A stretch of DNA of 64,000 nt from an archaeon (GTDB taxonomy: Archaea > Nanobdellota > Nanobdellia > Woesearchaeales > UBA9642), in contig JAGVGF010000003.1 of assembly GCA_020057295.1 (NCBI GenBank), positions 187,382 through 251,381 of the forward strand, in the 5' to 3' direction. The first letter of the stretch is position 1; every line of letters begins with the position of its first letter. Both the position numbers and the translations under genes were made by a program. The notes under the pieces are model-generated. The model was not told the DNA's origin, searched no databases, and saw nothing but the letters and a program-made list of their open reading frames with translations. Shown one piece after another: positions 29,843 through 39,485 of this stretch.

Positions 29843-30472
29843 ATGGTCGGCAACATTGGTGTTAAGCAACAATATTTTATAAAAATCTTTGAGAAGGCAG
29901 AGAAACATTATGGTTCCTCTACTAAGAGACTTGCTGCTGACGGATGGGAAAAAGATTGGCAAATGCTTATTGCAACAATGATGTCTGCTCAGACAAGAGA
30001 TGAGACAACAATTCCTGTTGCTGAAAATTTATTTTCTAGATATTCTACGCTTGAAAAATTATCTAAATCGAAATATGATGATATTTTGAAAATAATTAGA
30101 AGAGTTAATTTTAGTCCACGTAAAGCAAAATATATTATTGAAACTGCAAATATTTTAGTAAAAAATCACGCGTCAAAAGTTCCGTCAGACATTGATGTTC
30201 TAGTAACATTTCCCGGTGTTGGAAGGAAAACTGCAAACTTATTTATTTCAGAAGTTCATAATATGGACGGAATTTGCGTCGATACACATGTTCATAGAAT
30301 TTCAAACGTTTTTGGATTTGTTAAAACAAATACTCCTGAACAAACAGAAATGGCGCTTCGAAAACTTGTTCCACAAAAGTACTGGTCAAGAATTAATAGA
30401 GTTTTTGTTCTTTGGGGTCAAGAAGTCAGAGGAAAAGATAAGAAGAAATTCTTAGAGAGGTTAAATGATTAA
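29843..30472 (+). CDS. nth: Endonuclease III-like HhH-GPD glycosylase lacking the C-terminal 4Fe-4S motif
   Basis: MSAQTRD, FPGVGRKTAN, CVDTHVHR; no C-X6-C-X2-C-X5-C. Confidence 0.88.
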   Translation: MVGNIGVKQQYFIKIFEKAEKHYGSSTKRLAADGWEKDWQMLIATMMSAQTRDETTIPVAENLFSRYSTLEKLSKSKYDDILKIIRRVNFSPRKAKYIIETANILVKNHASKVPSDIDVLVTFPGVGRKTANLFISEVHNMDGICVDTHVHRISNVFGFVKTNTPEQTEMALRKLVPQKYWSRINRVFVLWGQEVRGKDKKKFLERLND

Positions 30473-31043
30473 GAAAAAATTCGATATAACAAAAGAAAAG
30501 ACGGTTACGCCGAAAAGTGTTTCTGATTGGAGAAATTGGCTGAAGAAGAATCATCTTAAAGAAACAAAGGTTCATCTAATTAAACATAAGAAACATACGG
30601 GAAAATTTTCTTTAATAAACACTGAAGCGATGAGAGAGGCAATATGTTTTGGATGGATAGATACTACTATTAGAAGAATTGATGATGAAAGATACTCGCA
30701 ATGTTTTGTTAGAAGAAATCAGAACAGTAAATGGAGCGATAACACATTGAGGTATGGTAAGGAGTTGTTGAAAGAAGGAAAAATGTCTCCGTTTGGTCTA
30801 AAGATGTACAAGGAAGGTCTTAATAAGAAAACTCACGATCATGGTATTCCAAAAGATCCGGACATGCCTTTAGCTTTAAAAAAAGAACTTGATAAAAATG
30901 TGGATATAAAAAAGTCATTCGATAAAATATCTCCTTCTATGAAACGAATGTATTATAGAATGATTTTACGTGCTAAACGCGAAGAAACAATAAATAAAAG
31001 GGTTTCGAACATAGTTAAAATGTGTGAAAAGAAAAATTCTTAG
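30465..31043 (+). CDS. YdeI/OmpD-associated family protein
   Basis: WRNWL..NH, EAICFGWID, SKWS, AKREET..KR. Confidence 0.88.
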   Translation: MIKKKFDITKEKTVTPKSVSDWRNWLKKNHLKETKVHLIKHKKHTGKFSLINTEAMREAICFGWIDTTIRRIDDERYSQCFVRRNQNSKWSDNTLRYGKELLKEGKMSPFGLKMYKEGLNKKTHDHGIPKDPDMPLALKKELDKNVDIKKSFDKISPSMKRMYYRMILRAKREETINKRVSNIVKMCEKKNS

Positions 31044-31347
31044 AAAAATTAAAATAAATTCTTAGAGAAGTTCGATATTTGTTATTTATCGCTACTTTTA
31101 GAGGTATGTTTCACAAAGCTTATACAGTCTATTACCCTTCCACGTCTATAGGGGGTTTATTGACAAGATCCGCGCTGGAAAGCATATACTGTACACACTC
31201 ATCGGAATTGCTCCCAGAAGGAGCATTTATATTAGGCGTCCTGATGAAATTTTCTTATGCAAAGACTTTATTGACCGACATATTAAGATACATTCTTGAA
31301 AATTATTCTACAAATTTTAGCAACATTACATTATCGCGGGTGACTTC

Positions 31348-34032
31348 ATGAGCAAGCCTCTTGAAATTCTATTATTAGAAGATGATGAACAATATCTATC
31401 TGTCCTTAAAGAACAATTAGACACTGGTGGATTAGGCTCTAAAATAACCTTAGTAGGCACAGAAGACGAATTTCTAAAAGAGATAGGTGACCAAAATCAC
31501 GAATATGATGTATTGTTATCAGGTCATAAACCGCCAGGATTAGACGGTCTCAAAGCATTAAATATATTTAGGAAAAAATATGTTGACACTCCATTCATCA
31601 TTGTAGCCGATGAGATGGGTGAGGAGGCAGTCATAGCTGCAATTGAGCAAGGTGCAACAGATTATGTTTTTAAGGTTAATCTAAAGAGGCTGCCAGTAAT
31701 CATTAAGAGGTCATTATCAGATTCAGATCTAAAGAAAAGGTTGCGTGAAAGCGAAATAAAATACAAACAGTTTATAGAAACATTACCTGCAACTATATTT
31801 TCTTCAGATATTCAAGGCAATATACATTTTGTAAATCCTTATGGGTTAAAGGAGTTTGGATATACTGTTGAAGATATCGCTCATGGATTGAATGTGTTCG
31901 ATATTATACATCCTGAAGACAAACTTCGTTTGACTCAAAACCTCACTCAATTAGTGTCTACGCATCAAATTTTGTCCGATGATTATAGATTACTTAATCG
32001 ATTAGGTGAAACATTAGACGTGACTGTAACAACAAATTCTTTGTTAACAAGTGGTGGACAAATAGAATTACACAGTGTAGTAATTAATAATACTGAACGT
32101 AGGCGTATGGAAACAGATGTTATTGCTTCTAGAGATTTATTGCAGAGAGTAATTGATATTCTTCCCGTACGAGTGTTTTGGAAAGATACTCACTTACACT
32201 ATCTTGGTTGTAATACTATTTTTGCTCAAGATGCAGGATTAGCGAGTCCAGCAGATCTAATTGGCAAGAATGATTTTCAAATGGGTTGGAAAGAGCAAGC
32301 AGAAAAGTATCAAAAAGATGATCGAGTAGTTATAGAATCGGGAGAATCTTCTCTTGATTTCGAAGAACTTCAAACTACTCCTCAGGGTAATAAAATTTGG
32401 ATAAAAACAAGCAAAGTACCATTAACAAATCCGCAAGGAGGCATACTTGGTATTTTAGGAACATACGAAGACATAACTGCACGTAAGAGTGCAGAAGAAG
32501 CGTTGTTGTTACGAGATTCTCAATTCAAAAAATTATCTCTTCATGTACCGGGAATGATTTATCAATTCGAAAAAAAAATCGATGAAACGTATCGTGTTCC
32601 TTTTACTTCAGAAGCTATCAGTGATATTTTTGATTGTTCACCGCAAGATGTACTTGAAGATTTTTCTCCTATTACCAAAAGAATATTGCCGGAAGATTTA
32701 GATAGAGTTGTTAAGTCTATTGAATATTCGGCAAAGAATTTAACGCCTTGGCAATGTGAATATCGAATACAAATTCCTGAAAAACCGATCAAATGGCTAT
32801 TTGGTCATTCATCTCCTGAAAAATCAGATAATGGAAGCATTATGTGGTATGGGTTTAATGCAGACATAACAGAACATAAAAAGGCAGAAGAGGAACTCTT
32901 ACATACTCAGAGAATGGAAGGTATAGGAAACATCGCTACAGGTATAGCACACGATTTTAATAATGTATTGGGAGTAGTTCTAGGTTACGCTAATCTTTTA
33001 GAACGTCAAACATCTTCAGAGTCAACTCGAGAATCTTTAGAAAAAATTATTATTGCTGTAAAAAGAGGAGCAGATATGGTAAAACAAATAATGATTTTTG
33101 CGCATAAAGGAGATATTGATTATGTTACTATGGATTTGAGACACATATTAAAAGATTCAGCGGATTATGTGACTGAAGCAACTAAAAGCCTCGAATCAAG
33201 AGGTGTGCATTATAAGGTAATTTCCTCTCTTGAAAAAACTTCTAATGTTATTGCGGATATTGGGCAAATGAAACAAGTATTGGATAATCTTTTGACTAAT
33301 GCTATACATGCAATGCCAAGAGGCGGAACAGTAAGTATATGTTCCAACAATGTTTCTATAGCTACTCCGCTCGTATTACGCAATACTACTGTGCTTCCGG
33401 GCGATTATGTTCATTTCTCAATAACTGATACGGGTTCGGGCATTACAGAAGAGGTGTATAACAAAATGTTTGAACCGTTCTTTACAACAAAACCTAAAGG
33501 TAGAGGTACGGGTCTTGGTTTAGCAAGCGTAAAAAGTATCATCGAGAAACATAATGGTTACATAAATGTAGAAACAAAGCTAGGTGAAGGTACAACATTT
33601 GAATTTTATATCCGTGCAGTCTCACAAGAAGAAACGCTACCTGCTGTTGTAAGCATTGATGATATTGTCGGCGAAGGAAAAATTTTAATTGTCGACGATA
33701 ACGAACCTTATTTAGCAGTTTTGAAACTAAGTTTGGATATGAAAGGGTATTCTACACTTATTGCGAGAAGTTATGATGAAGCTACAGCCATACTTAAGGA
33801 AAATAAAGATATAGATTTACTTTTGACTGATATTCATATGATAGGAAGGAGCGGCATAGAATTAGCGCAAAGTTTGACCGGTAAGAAAGTTTGCGTTGTA
33901 GGCATGACTGGACTTATTGACGAAGACACAAGAGAGGCATGGCCTCAAGAGTATACACTACTTCAAAAGCCTATATCTATGGATGAGTTGAATTCTACAA
34001 TACGTACGGTGCTATCTGCGAATAATGGATAA
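31348..34032 (+). CDS. Hybrid sensor histidine kinase: REC-PAS-PAS-PAS-HisKA-HATPase-REC
   Basis: AHDFNN H-box, NLLTNA, DTGSG, FEPFFTTK, GTGLGL; C-terminal LLTD receiver. Confidence 0.93.
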   Translation: MSKPLEILLLEDDEQYLSVLKEQLDTGGLGSKITLVGTEDEFLKEIGDQNHEYDVLLSGHKPPGLDGLKALNIFRKKYVDTPFIIVADEMGEEAVIAAIEQGATDYVFKVNLKRLPVIIKRSLSDSDLKKRLRESEIKYKQFIETLPATIFSSDIQGNIHFVNPYGLKEFGYTVEDIAHGLNVFDIIHPEDKLRLTQNLTQLVSTHQILSDDYRLLNRLGETLDVTVTTNSLLTSGGQIELHSVVINNTERRRMETDVIASRDLLQRVIDILPVRVFWKDTHLHYLGCNTIFAQDAGLASPADLIGKNDFQMGWKEQAEKYQKDDRVVIESGESSLDFEELQTTPQGNKIWIKTSKVPLTNPQGGILGILGTYEDITARKSAEEALLLRDSQFKKLSLHVPGMIYQFEKKIDETYRVPFTSEAISDIFDCSPQDVLEDFSPITKRILPEDLDRVVKSIEYSAKNLTPWQCEYRIQIPEKPIKWLFGHSSPEKSDNGSIMWYGFNADITEHKKAEEELLHTQRMEGIGNIATGIAHDFNNVLGVVLGYANLLERQTSSESTRESLEKIIIAVKRGADMVKQIMIFAHKGDIDYVTMDLRHILKDSADYVTEATKSLESRGVHYKVISSLEKTSNVIADIGQMKQVLDNLLTNAIHAMPRGGTVSICSNNVSIATPLVLRNTTVLPGDYVHFSITDTGSGITEEVYNKMFEPFFTTKPKGRGTGLGLASVKSIIEKHNGYINVETKLGEGTTFEFYIRAVSQEETLPAVVSIDDIVGEGKILIVDDNEPYLAVLKLSLDMKGYSTLIARSYDEATAILKENKDIDLLLTDIHMIGRSGIELAQSLTGKKVCVVGMTGLIDEDTREAWPQEYTLLQKPISMDELNSTIRTVLSANNG

Positions 34033-34133
34033 ATAGTTATTATTTATGAATATATGTAAAACATTTTTTTATTAGTAGTATTTATTTTTTAGTAGAAAAA
34101 GTTTATAAGCAATTTAAGAATCCTATCATACTC

Positions 34134-35924
34134 ATGAAAAATATTTCGCGTTCAAAAATTCGGGAATTATCTGATGATGTAAAAGAAGCATATAATAATG
34201 TTAATTGGAAGACTGCTAGAATTGTTTTTGGAGTTACAGGTGTAGCTCAGATTATTGAAGCATATATATCACATGGATTGAACAATTGGCCATTATCTGT
34301 TTTTGATGATTCAGGAGAACTATTTCAAACAATTACAACATTAGCATTAGTCAGCGGCGTAGGATTAGTTGCATCCTATCTTGATTCTCAGAGAAAAAAA
34401 GAGTTTTCACGTATAAAACTACTTGAAGAAAAATTTAGAACTGTCGCAGATTTTACTCATGATTGGGAATATTGGAAATTACCTAATGGAAAATTTGAAT
34501 ACATATCTCCAGCTGTTGAACAAATTACGGGGTATAGTGTTCAAGATTTTAATAATGATCCCCACTTATTAGAAAATATTATTCATCCAGAAGATAGACC
34601 TTTCTTTATTAATCATCTAGATGGAGTACCTCTAGAGAGTTCTATCCCTGAAGAATTACTCTATCGTATTATAACACGTTCTGGTAAAGAGAAATGGATT
34701 TCACACAATTGCACTTCGATTTATAATAGCGACGGAGTATATATGGGTAGACGCGCAAGCAATAGAGATATTACTACACGTAAAAGGTCTGAATTAATTC
34801 AGTCAGCAACATATAATATGTTAGATGCAAGTGTAACAACAAATACTCTTGAAGAACTATTAGAAAAAATGCATTCTGAGATAGGTAATTTGATGTATGC
34901 TAAGAATTTTTTTGTTGCGCTATACGACGAAAAAACAAATTTATATACATTTAGATATTTTTCTGACGAAAAAGATAAAGATTCGCCTCTAACTCCTGTA
35001 CAGATAAATATAGGATTTACAGACTATGTTCGCAAAACTGGAAAACCCTTATTAGTTGATGAGAATCAATCAAGACAAATGATTAATTCAGGAGAAGTAC
35101 AACTTATTGGCTCACCATCAAAATCTTGGATGGGTGTGCCTTTGTTTAAAGAACAAAAAGTTATTGGTGTTGCAGTAATTCAATCGTATGTAGATACACA
35201 ACAATATACGCTTCAGGATTTGGATGTTTTCAATCATATTTCTCAAACCATTTCATTAACCGTTAATCGAAGAACTGCTGAAGAAAAATTAAAATTTTAT
35301 AAACATATAATAACAAATTCCGACATGGCATTAAGTGTTACAGATTTGAATAATACTTTTATTTTTGTTAATGCCGCATTCGAAAAAATGTATGGTTATA
35401 GTCGAGAGGAAATTTTAGGCAAGCCTCTTAGTATATTAAGATCTAAAAATAATAATCCTCGACTAATGAGCCAAATACAGTCTAGAACTTATGAGGGAGG
35501 ATTAGAGTTTGAGCTTCTTAATGTTGATAAAAATGGTAGAGAATTTCCAATATATTTACGTACTTCTGTAATTAAAAACGATCAAGGAGAAATAATTGCG
35601 ACTATGGGGACTGTTGTAGATATCACAGAGAGAAAAGATCTTGAGACAAAATTACAGCAATCAGTTGCAGATCTAACTGATGCACTCGCTAATGTAAAAC
35701 AGTTAAGCGGTTTACTTTCAATATGCGGTTATTGTAAAAATATACGTACTGATGAAGGAAGTTATGTTAGAATAGAGCAGTATATCAAAGAACATACCGA
35801 TGCAAATTTTAGTCATGGTATATGTCCTGATTGCATGAAACAACACCATCCTGAGATATATGCATCTATTGAAGCCAAAAAGAAAGTTAGTGATGTTACT
35901 TCTGGTACTATTAGTCAAAAATAA
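34134..35924 (+). CDS. 2TM-PAS-GAF-PAS sensor with C-terminal CxxC...HGICxxC zinc-binding domain, no catalytic output
   Basis: DWEYW/IHPED PAS, GAF (SWMGVPL), LLSICGYCK...FSHGICPDC. Confidence 0.85.
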   Translation: MKNISRSKIRELSDDVKEAYNNVNWKTARIVFGVTGVAQIIEAYISHGLNNWPLSVFDDSGELFQTITTLALVSGVGLVASYLDSQRKKEFSRIKLLEEKFRTVADFTHDWEYWKLPNGKFEYISPAVEQITGYSVQDFNNDPHLLENIIHPEDRPFFINHLDGVPLESSIPEELLYRIITRSGKEKWISHNCTSIYNSDGVYMGRRASNRDITTRKRSELIQSATYNMLDASVTTNTLEELLEKMHSEIGNLMYAKNFFVALYDEKTNLYTFRYFSDEKDKDSPLTPVQINIGFTDYVRKTGKPLLVDENQSRQMINSGEVQLIGSPSKSWMGVPLFKEQKVIGVAVIQSYVDTQQYTLQDLDVFNHISQTISLTVNRRTAEEKLKFYKHIITNSDMALSVTDLNNTFIFVNAAFEKMYGYSREEILGKPLSILRSKNNNPRLMSQIQSRTYEGGLEFELLNVDKNGREFPIYLRTSVIKNDQGEIIATMGTVVDITERKDLETKLQQSVADLTDALANVKQLSGLLSICGYCKNIRTDEGSYVRIEQYIKEHTDANFSHGICPDCMKQHHPEIYASIEAKKKVSDVTSGTISQK

Positions 35925-36033
35925 TTAAATTTCTTAATAGTTTGTTGTCGAACATTTTTTGATTTTTTATCTAACAGAAAAATTTATAAATAGAAATTAG
36001 TTACTTCTTAGTAGTTATTATAGGGTATTTTTT

Positions 36034-36510
36034 ATGGGTAAAGATTTAGATTTAAGGACTAATGAAGCACATATACAATATGCAGGTTTACATAATCATT
36101 TGAAAGATGATAATGCTAGATGGATTGCATATCATAGATTAGGCGTTGGTTCTCATCCCCAAACATTGTATGTAAAAAGTTATGAAGGATTATTTAAAAT
36201 AGCAGAAACCACTATCGATGTATTAGTTGATTTAAATAAAGCACTCGATGATAAACTCTCCATTGTTGTAGATAACATAAGATATTATGGAAGTGATGGT
36301 AGAGAATTTTTACTACACGGTATTATGATGCGTATGAGCCATCAACAAGAGAAGGGCGCAGATGTTTCCAAGGAAGCAGAACTATTCCATCAAGTATTAT
36401 CTAAGTTGCCTTCGGGTGATCGTAATGTTTTTGTATCTTTGTATAAAATTTCTACAGGTATGAATGTTGATGAAGATAAAGTAAGACCTTATGATGTGTC
36501 AAATCAGTAA
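36034..36510 (+). CDS. Hypothetical protein
   Basis: 158-aa ORF with TATA upstream. Confidence 0.6.
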   Translation: MGKDLDLRTNEAHIQYAGLHNHLKDDNARWIAYHRLGVGSHPQTLYVKSYEGLFKIAETTIDVLVDLNKALDDKLSIVVDNIRYYGSDGREFLLHGIMMRMSHQQEKGADVSKEAELFHQVLSKLPSGDRNVFVSLYKISTGMNVDEDKVRPYDVSNQ

Positions 36511-36559
36511 ATTTATAAAAGATTTTCCTTTTCGATAATTATACTTAAGGGTGATATTT

Positions 36560-36736
36560 ATGGCTGATGACAAGATTTCAATGCCGAGCAGTGGTGCAGG
36601 TTTAACAAGATATTTTGACGATTATAAAAGTAAGATTGAATTAAAACCTGAACATGTTATAGTATTAATTGTTCTAATTGTTATTATAGAACTTGTACTT
36701 AATTGGCAGGGCGCAGTCTGGTTCGGTCTAGCTTAG
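36560..36736 (+). CDS. secG: Preprotein translocase subunit Sec61beta
   Basis: SGAGLTRYFD...IELKPEHV plus one TM; GGTGA SD. Confidence 0.9.
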   Translation: MADDKISMPSSGAGLTRYFDDYKSKIELKPEHVIVLIVLIVIIELVLNWQGAVWFGLA

Positions 36737-36748
36737 AGGGTTTGAATC

Positions 36749-37285
36749 ATGTGGTTTTTTTCTAGAACTAAAAAAATAACGGTAGGTTATCACGATTCTG
36801 TTAGTATAAAGGCAGAAGAAGAACAAGCTGTATCTACAGTTTTTGGATCCACTGATAATTTTTCTAAAGAATTACAAAACGTACATACTCTTTGGGGTCA
36901 ATGTATTAATTTTGATGGAGAAGTACGAAATGCTTTATCTACATTAGAAGGAAGTAATATGTTTAAGAATGATCCCTTAATTGTAGAAGCGAATAAAAAG
37001 TTATTATCTGATGCTAAAAAAGTATTAAATCAATGTGATGGAATGCTTGATGTCATCAATAAATATGGACTAGATGTTGCAGGACTTGAAGAAAAACGAT
37101 TAAAAGTCATGGAAATACTTAATAAAAAATCTGATTCAGTATTTCTTTCAGACTTCCTTACATCTTTTTGCTCGATGACTAACGGTGTAATTGGTAGTTC
37201 AAATGGAGATCCTTTGAAGAAAAAAGAAATAGAAGAATGGAAGATTAATATAGCAAAGTTAAAAACAGCTCCGGAGTTAAAATAA
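36749..37285 (+). CDS. Hypothetical protein
   Basis: ORF with GAGG SD, between Sec61beta and NAC. Confidence 0.65.
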   Translation: MWFFSRTKKITVGYHDSVSIKAEEEQAVSTVFGSTDNFSKELQNVHTLWGQCINFDGEVRNALSTLEGSNMFKNDPLIVEANKKLLSDAKKVLNQCDGMLDVINKYGLDVAGLEEKRLKVMEILNKKSDSVFLSDFLTSFCSMTNGVIGSSNGDPLKKKEIEEWKINIAKLKTAPELK

Positions 37286-37286
37286 A

Positions 37287-37640
37287 ATGATGCCTAACAT
37301 TAATCCAAGACAAATGGAACAGATGATGAGAAAAATGGGTATTTCTCAGACAGACATCGATGCCAGTCAAGTAATTATAGTATGTCCTGATAAACGTATA
37401 GTCATAGAAAATCCTTCAGTGCAAAAAGTTAACATGTCTGGAAAGATAAATTATCAAATATCAGGCAATGAACATATTGAAACAAATAAATCAAGTACAC
37501 CAGAAATGTCTGAAGACGATATTCAAACAGTAATGGATCAAACAAGTTCTACACAGGAAGAAGCTATTCAAGCATTAGTCGATACAAAAGGAAATCTAGC
37601 AGAAGCAATCCTGTTATTAACAGCAGAAAAAGAAGAATAA
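37287..37640 (+). CDS. nac: Nascent polypeptide-associated complex protein
   Basis: NPRQMEQMMRKMGI NAC domain and UBA tail (EDDI..V..QT...GNLAEAI). Confidence 0.93.
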   Translation: MMPNINPRQMEQMMRKMGISQTDIDASQVIIVCPDKRIVIENPSVQKVNMSGKINYQISGNEHIETNKSSTPEMSEDDIQTVMDQTSSTQEEAIQALVDTKGNLAEAILLLTAEKEE

Positions 37641-37649
37641 ATAAAAATT

Positions 37650-38345
37650 TTATAAGTTTGTGTTCGTCCAAAACCTTAATTCTGAACCGTCAAGAAACCT
37701 GTATCCTTTATCTTCTCTATATCCATAATCTGCATAAAATCTTAATTGTTCTAATTTCTGTCTTGATAATTTGTCAACGAAGAATCTAAGTGCATTAATC
37801 ATGATTTCTTTTTGTTCTCTTTCAGAGTTAGGACTGTATGAGAAATGTATTTCGCCTTTTGTAAGGTCTATTGATTGAGAAAACACATCATCTATTGTCA
37901 AAGTTTCTTGTCTAACATGACTTCCTAACCATAATTCCTGAACTATTTTTCCATTATTCGCTATGATTGTTCCAGAATATTTTGTTTTCCAATATTCTAT
38001 AATCTGATAAATGTATTTATTCCTTCTAGAAAATTCAGGTATTTTTTTCTTAATTTCTTCAACACCTATGTCTATAAATGTCTCGGTTCTCACATGTTGT
38101 TCTCTAGGAACACATCTTAACCAAAACAATTCATTCTCGTAATTTGGAGGCAATATTCCTGTTAATTCTTCAAGTCTTTGTATTTGTCCATACATGATGT
38201 TTGTTGGCAGATTATGTTTTTTCATAAATTCGGCTTTAGCTTCATTAGCACGCACCAATTCTTCAAATGCTGCTCTAGACATTTCTCCAATCTCAACTAA
38301 TGAATTTCCCCATTCTTTAATATTTATTCTTCCACGAGTACTCAT
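37650..38345 (-). CDS. Hypothetical protein
   Basis: Long ORF; probable ATG at 38345. Confidence 0.6.
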   Translation of the reverse strand: MSTRGRINIKEWGNSLVEIGEMSRAAFEELVRANEAKAEFMKKHNLPTNIMYGQIQRLEELTGILPPNYENELFWLRCVPREQHVRTETFIDIGVEEIKKKIPEFSRRNKYIYQIIEYWKTKYSGTIIANNGKIVQELWLGSHVRQETLTIDDVFSQSIDLTKGEIHFSYSPNSEREQKEIMINALRFFVDKLSRQKLEQLRFYADYGYREDKGYRFLDGSELRFWTNTNL

Positions 38346-38432
38346 GATAATCGGAACTACTGCAGAGTTTATAATTTTTTTCAAAGAATTATCACTTAAT
38401 TAGAAAAATAAGATAAAAAAATAATAAAAAAT

Positions 38433-38645
38433 TTATTCGTTAAATACTGCTCTTCCTAATGAGAATAGTCCGAATAACGCTATGAATGATGTTACAATTG
38501 TCCATAACCATGCGAATTGTATATCATTATTTATAACATACCAGAACCACATATAGCCGAAGTATACTAATACCACGCCTACTACGAACAAGTTGGTCTT
38601 TTTGAACTGTGGACCGCTAGAAACAATTTTTGCTGCCATGAGCAT
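38433..38645 (-). CDS. Small 2-TM membrane protein
   Basis: GGAGG SD; two hydrophobic helices. Confidence 0.7.
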   Translation of the reverse strand: MLMAAKIVSSGPQFKKTNLFVVGVVLVYFGYMWFWYVINNDIQFAWLWTIVTSFIALFGLFSLGRAVFNE

Positions 38646-38717
38646 CCCTCCTTTTAAATATAATCCTATATTATCATAACTTATTTATAAATATTCTGCC
38701 TTTTATAGTCTATTATT

Positions 38718-38901
38718 ACAAAGAAATTGCACCACATCATAGCTCTTTATTTATATATGCAATTTCTTGTTCAAAGAAATCTTGCAAGATTTCTTGAACT
38801 GAAAATATTTAAAGATTTTCATGTTCCAAAAACTCGTGTTTAAACACTAATATGACGTCTTAGGCTTTAACTTTATGATATATCTAAATAGCGAGTTTTT
38901 G
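38718..38901. repeat. Multi-hairpin structured intergenic element, copy B
   Basis: ACAAAGAAATTGCA/TGCAATTTCTTGT; TTCAAAGAAATCT/AGATTTCTTGAA; TGAAAAT/ATTTTCA; CAAAAACTCG/CGAGTTTTTG. Confidence 0.6.
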
Positions 38902-38994
38902 TTATCGTAAGCTTTATATATTACTGTGGTTAGGATATATACGGCAATACTTCGTTTAATAATACCTTATTCACCTAGCCAGTTTAGTCTAAAA

Positions 38995-39465
38995 ATGGAA
39001 TCCTTTAACATATTACGAGCACAAGCTGAAGAGAAGCTTAAGATAGCGGATCACTTAGTCGGTACAACCTATTCTTTGGTTAAGGAACCAAAATTATTAG
39101 TTTCAGTAATTGAAAATATTTATTTAGCATTTGACCTGGCAATAAGTTCATTATTGGAGTATGAAAAAAATTTTAAGACAATACCAAGTTATAGTAACAG
39201 TTTTGAAAGCAAATTCGAATTATTCAGAAGAAAAATAGTCACAAAATATAATATCAAAAGTGAAATTCCAGAATTTATATTAGATATTAAGAAAACATTA
39301 GATGAACACAAAAAATCTAGCGTTGAATTCATACGTAAAGAAACATTCGTCATATCAGATAATAATTACAATCTTACAACTCTAAAAATTGAAGATGTTA
39401 AAAAAACATTAACTAAAGCTAAACATTATTTTGAAGAGTTGTTTAAGATCATTAAATATACTTAA
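38995..39465 (+). CDS. Helical hypothetical protein (HEPN-like, tentative)
   Basis: A-x-E-x-L-K-x-x-DH N-terminus, shared with the next gene. Confidence 0.65.
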   Translation: MESFNILRAQAEEKLKIADHLVGTTYSLVKEPKLLVSVIENIYLAFDLAISSLLEYEKNFKTIPSYSNSFESKFELFRRKIVTKYNIKSEIPEFILDIKKTLDEHKKSSVEFIRKETFVISDNNYNLTTLKIEDVKKTLTKAKHYFEELFKIIKYT

Positions 39466-39485
39466 AATTCGCGAGGTTTAATAAA

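Noticed and set aside
31079-31351. 90-aa ORF or possible riboswitch before the hybrid kinase
   Set aside because: No recognisable protein motif or riboswitch consensus; a short TTG-start ORF cannot be excluded but is unsupported.
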